From contig CAZOFO010000001.1 in the NCBI GenBank assembly GCA_964579265.1, forward strand, positions 46,115-110,114: a DNA stretch of 64,000 nucleotides. The letters run 5' to 3'. Source of the stretch: Candidatus Micrarchaeota archaeon (GTDB lineage: Archaea; B1Sed10-29). Below are positions 62,524 through 64,000 of this stretch, piece after piece. The position numbers and the translations under genes were made by a program. The notes under the pieces were generated by a model. The model was not told where the DNA came from. It did no database searches and worked only from the letters and a program-made list of their open reading frames with translations. How positions within the stretch are numbered: position 1 is the first letter of the stretch; the number at the start of each line of letters is the position of its first letter.

Positions 62524-64000
62524 TTATGCAGGTTTGTATACGTTGTGTGCTGGGGTGTAGACATCTCCGTTTTTCTTGAGTTTTTTAAGAACGTCTGTTA
62601 ATTCTTCTTCATCTATTCCTTCTTCTTTTGCTCTGTCTTTTATCGCGTCGTAGGGTGCTTCATCGTATTCTTTGTTTATTTTTTTTACTATCTTCAGGAT
62701 TTTCTTCATTTTGTCCATTTGGCTTTTGCTTGATCCTGTTGCTATTATGTCTATGTCGAATTGTCCGGTTTCCGGATCCATTCCTATTTTTCTTAACCAT
62801 GTTTTTTGTAGTCTTATTGCTCTTTCAGCGTCTTCTAGTTGTACTTTTTCCGATAGTCTTCCTTTTGCGCTTGCTTCTGCTAATCTTATTACTGCTTCAA
62901 GTTGTCTTGCTGTTATTGGTACTGCTTCTTGTTGTTCTCCTATTTTTCTCATTTCTATGTAGAATTCTTGTATTCTTTCTTTTGCTTCGTCTGTTAGTAT
63001 TGGGTGTATATTTTTTCTGGCGTATGCTATGTATTTTCTAAGGAGTTCCGGATCTACGTCGGGTGTTACTTCTTTTGTTTCTTCTTCTATGTTTAATTCT
63101 CTTTCTTTTATTCTTTCTCCCGCTGCTCTATGGGTTTTTAGTATGTGGTCCGCCATTTTTTTGTCATCGTCTTCTTTTGGTTCGTCTCTTATTGGGAACA
63201 TTATGTCGAATCGGCTCATTAGTGTTGATGAAAGAGCGAATTGTTCTGCTGGTAGTTCGTGTGGGTCGAATCTTCCGTATTTTGGGTTTGCTGCTGCTAG
63301 TATTGATGCATTTGCTTTGAATGTGCTGACCATACCTGCTTTTGCTACTCTTATTTTTTGAGATTCCATTGCTTGGTGTAGGCTTGCTCTGTCTTCTTTT
63401 CCTATTTTGTCAAGTTCGTCTACTAGTGCCATTCCTCCTGCTGCTAGAACTAGGGCTCCTGCTTTGAGTGTCCATCCTTCGTCTCCAAATTCGTCTTTTT
63501 CGGCTGATGCTGATAGTCCTGCTGATGTTGATGATTCTCCTCCTACGTATATTCCTTTTGGAGTTAGTTTCTCCACGTATTGTAATAATTGTGATTTAGC
63601 TGTTCCTGGGTCTCCTATTAGAAGTATGTGTATGTCTGATCTCATGGTCATTCCGTCTGGTTTTCTCTTTCCTTTTGTCCCTCCGAATAGTTGTAGTGTT
63701 ATAGCTTCTTTTATGTCTTCATATCCCCATATACTTGGTGCTATGGAGTTCACTATTTTTTCGTAGACTAATGGGTCGTTTGATAGTTCTTTTATTCTTT
63801 CTTCGTCTTCTTGTGTTAGTTTTAGTTCCTCAAACTCTGTTTCTTTTTTATCTATGTAGTTTACATCTACGTATTTGTTGTATATGCTTCTTTTTTTCTT
63901 TGGTTTGTTCAGTCTTAGTATTCCTGTTGCTTCTATGTTGTCTCCTGGCTGTATTTTATTTGTGAGGTCTTCTTGTATCCATCCGGATATTGGGCTTGGT
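62524..64000 (-). CDS. mcm: MCM replicative helicase (N-terminal part beyond window end)
   Basis: IAPSIWGYEDIK, Walker A DIHILLIGDPGTAKSQLL, Walker B/arginine finger region (ALVLAAGGMALVDELDKI, SRFD), C-terminal winged helix. Upstream frame stays open through GTG 63753 to the window edge (..PGDNIEATGILRL.. OB-fold hairpin), so the gene is 5'-truncated by the window. Confidence 0.85.
   Translation of the reverse strand, partial: PSPISGWIQEDLTNKIQPGDNIEATGILRLNKPKKKRSIYNKYVDVNYIDKKETEFEELKLTQEDEERIKELSNDPLVYEKIVNSIAPSIWGYEDIKEAITLQLFGGTKGKRKPDGMTMRSDIHILLIGDPGTAKSQLLQYVEKLTPKGIYVGGESSTSAGLSASAEKDEFGDEGWTLKAGALVLAAGGMALVDELDKIGKEDRASLHQAMESQKIRVAKAGMVSTFKANASILAAANPKYGRFDPHELPAEQFALSSTLMSRFDIMFPIRDEPKEDDDKKMADHILKTHRAAGERIKERELNIEEETKEVTPDVDPELLRKYIAYARKNIHPILTDEAKERIQEFYIEMRKIGEQQEAVPITARQLEAVIRLAEASAKGRLSEKVQLEDAERAIRLQKTWLRKIGMDPETGQFDIDIIATGSSKSQMDKMKKILKIVKKINKEYDEAPYDAIKDRAKEEGIDEEELTDVLKKLKKNGDVYTPAHNVYKPA

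Noticed and set aside
62524-63753. MCM start at 63753 as given in the ORF track
   Set aside because: The codon is an internal GTG. The same frame continues upstream to the window edge with clear MCM N-terminal OB-fold sequence, so the gene is simply truncated by the window.
1-64000. CRISPR arrays, cas genes, transposases, integrases, phage-like genes, long direct repeats flanking the tRNA clusters
   Set aside because: No regularly spaced repeats and no recognisable mobile-element proteins were seen. The tRNA-flanked segments (3288-5292; 8793-8987 next to the pilus locus) lack an integrase or duplicated tRNA 3' ends. No evidence for an integrated element.

Overview
This is a 64-kb, gene-dense, AT-rich (roughly one-third GC) window of an archaeal chromosome. 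The archaeal assignment rests on recognisable MCM, an archaeal histone, FEN1, the conserved L21e-Rpo4(RpoF)-DUF655-KsgA cluster, aMBF1, a geranylgeranyl reductase, a FlaI/TadA-type pilus ATPase, intron-containing tRNAs, SRP RNA and a standalone 5S rRNA. Many otherwise conserved proteins carry long K/E-rich low-complexity insertions or tails. That feature, with no methanogenesis or respiration genes in view, is typical of small-genome (DPANN-like) archaea; this lineage call is inference. Content: about 75 protein genes on both strands. There are seven tRNAs: Gln(CUG) with a non-canonically placed intron, Glu(CUC) with a canonical 47-nt intron, Val(CAC), Pro(UGG), Leu(UAA), Ser(GCU) and Ser(CGA). 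There is one 5S rRNA, one SRP (7S) RNA on the minus strand beside ftsZ, and two further candidate small structured RNAs. An 8-kb minus-strand operon encodes an archaeal type IV pilus/Tad-like system: ATPase, two TadB/C-type membrane proteins, three small pilin-like proteins and one 599-aa pilin-like adhesin. Noteworthy items are listed here. (1) A paralogous family of secreted, acidic, Cys-containing proteins sharing an unusual 'IGIGCIGPFAE(E/D)EPE' lipobox-like leader. (2) A membrane-anchored winged-helix regulator arranged divergently with a secreted E/R-rich coiled-coil protein, with repeated TATGAA motifs between them. (3) An E1-like ThiF/MoeB/UbaA enzyme with a C-terminal extension, divergent to a ThiS/SAMP-like protein ending in -GG. 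(4) Hef helicase and nuclease moieties separated by a single in-frame TAA. (5) A ThiI-like THUMP protein lacking the PP-loop. (6) An AmrS-AmrB pair. (7) A CX4CX2C radical-SAM-like fusion protein. (8) A five-gene FEN1 / PIN-like / TrmJ operon. No CRISPR array, transposase, integrase or prophage signature was found.
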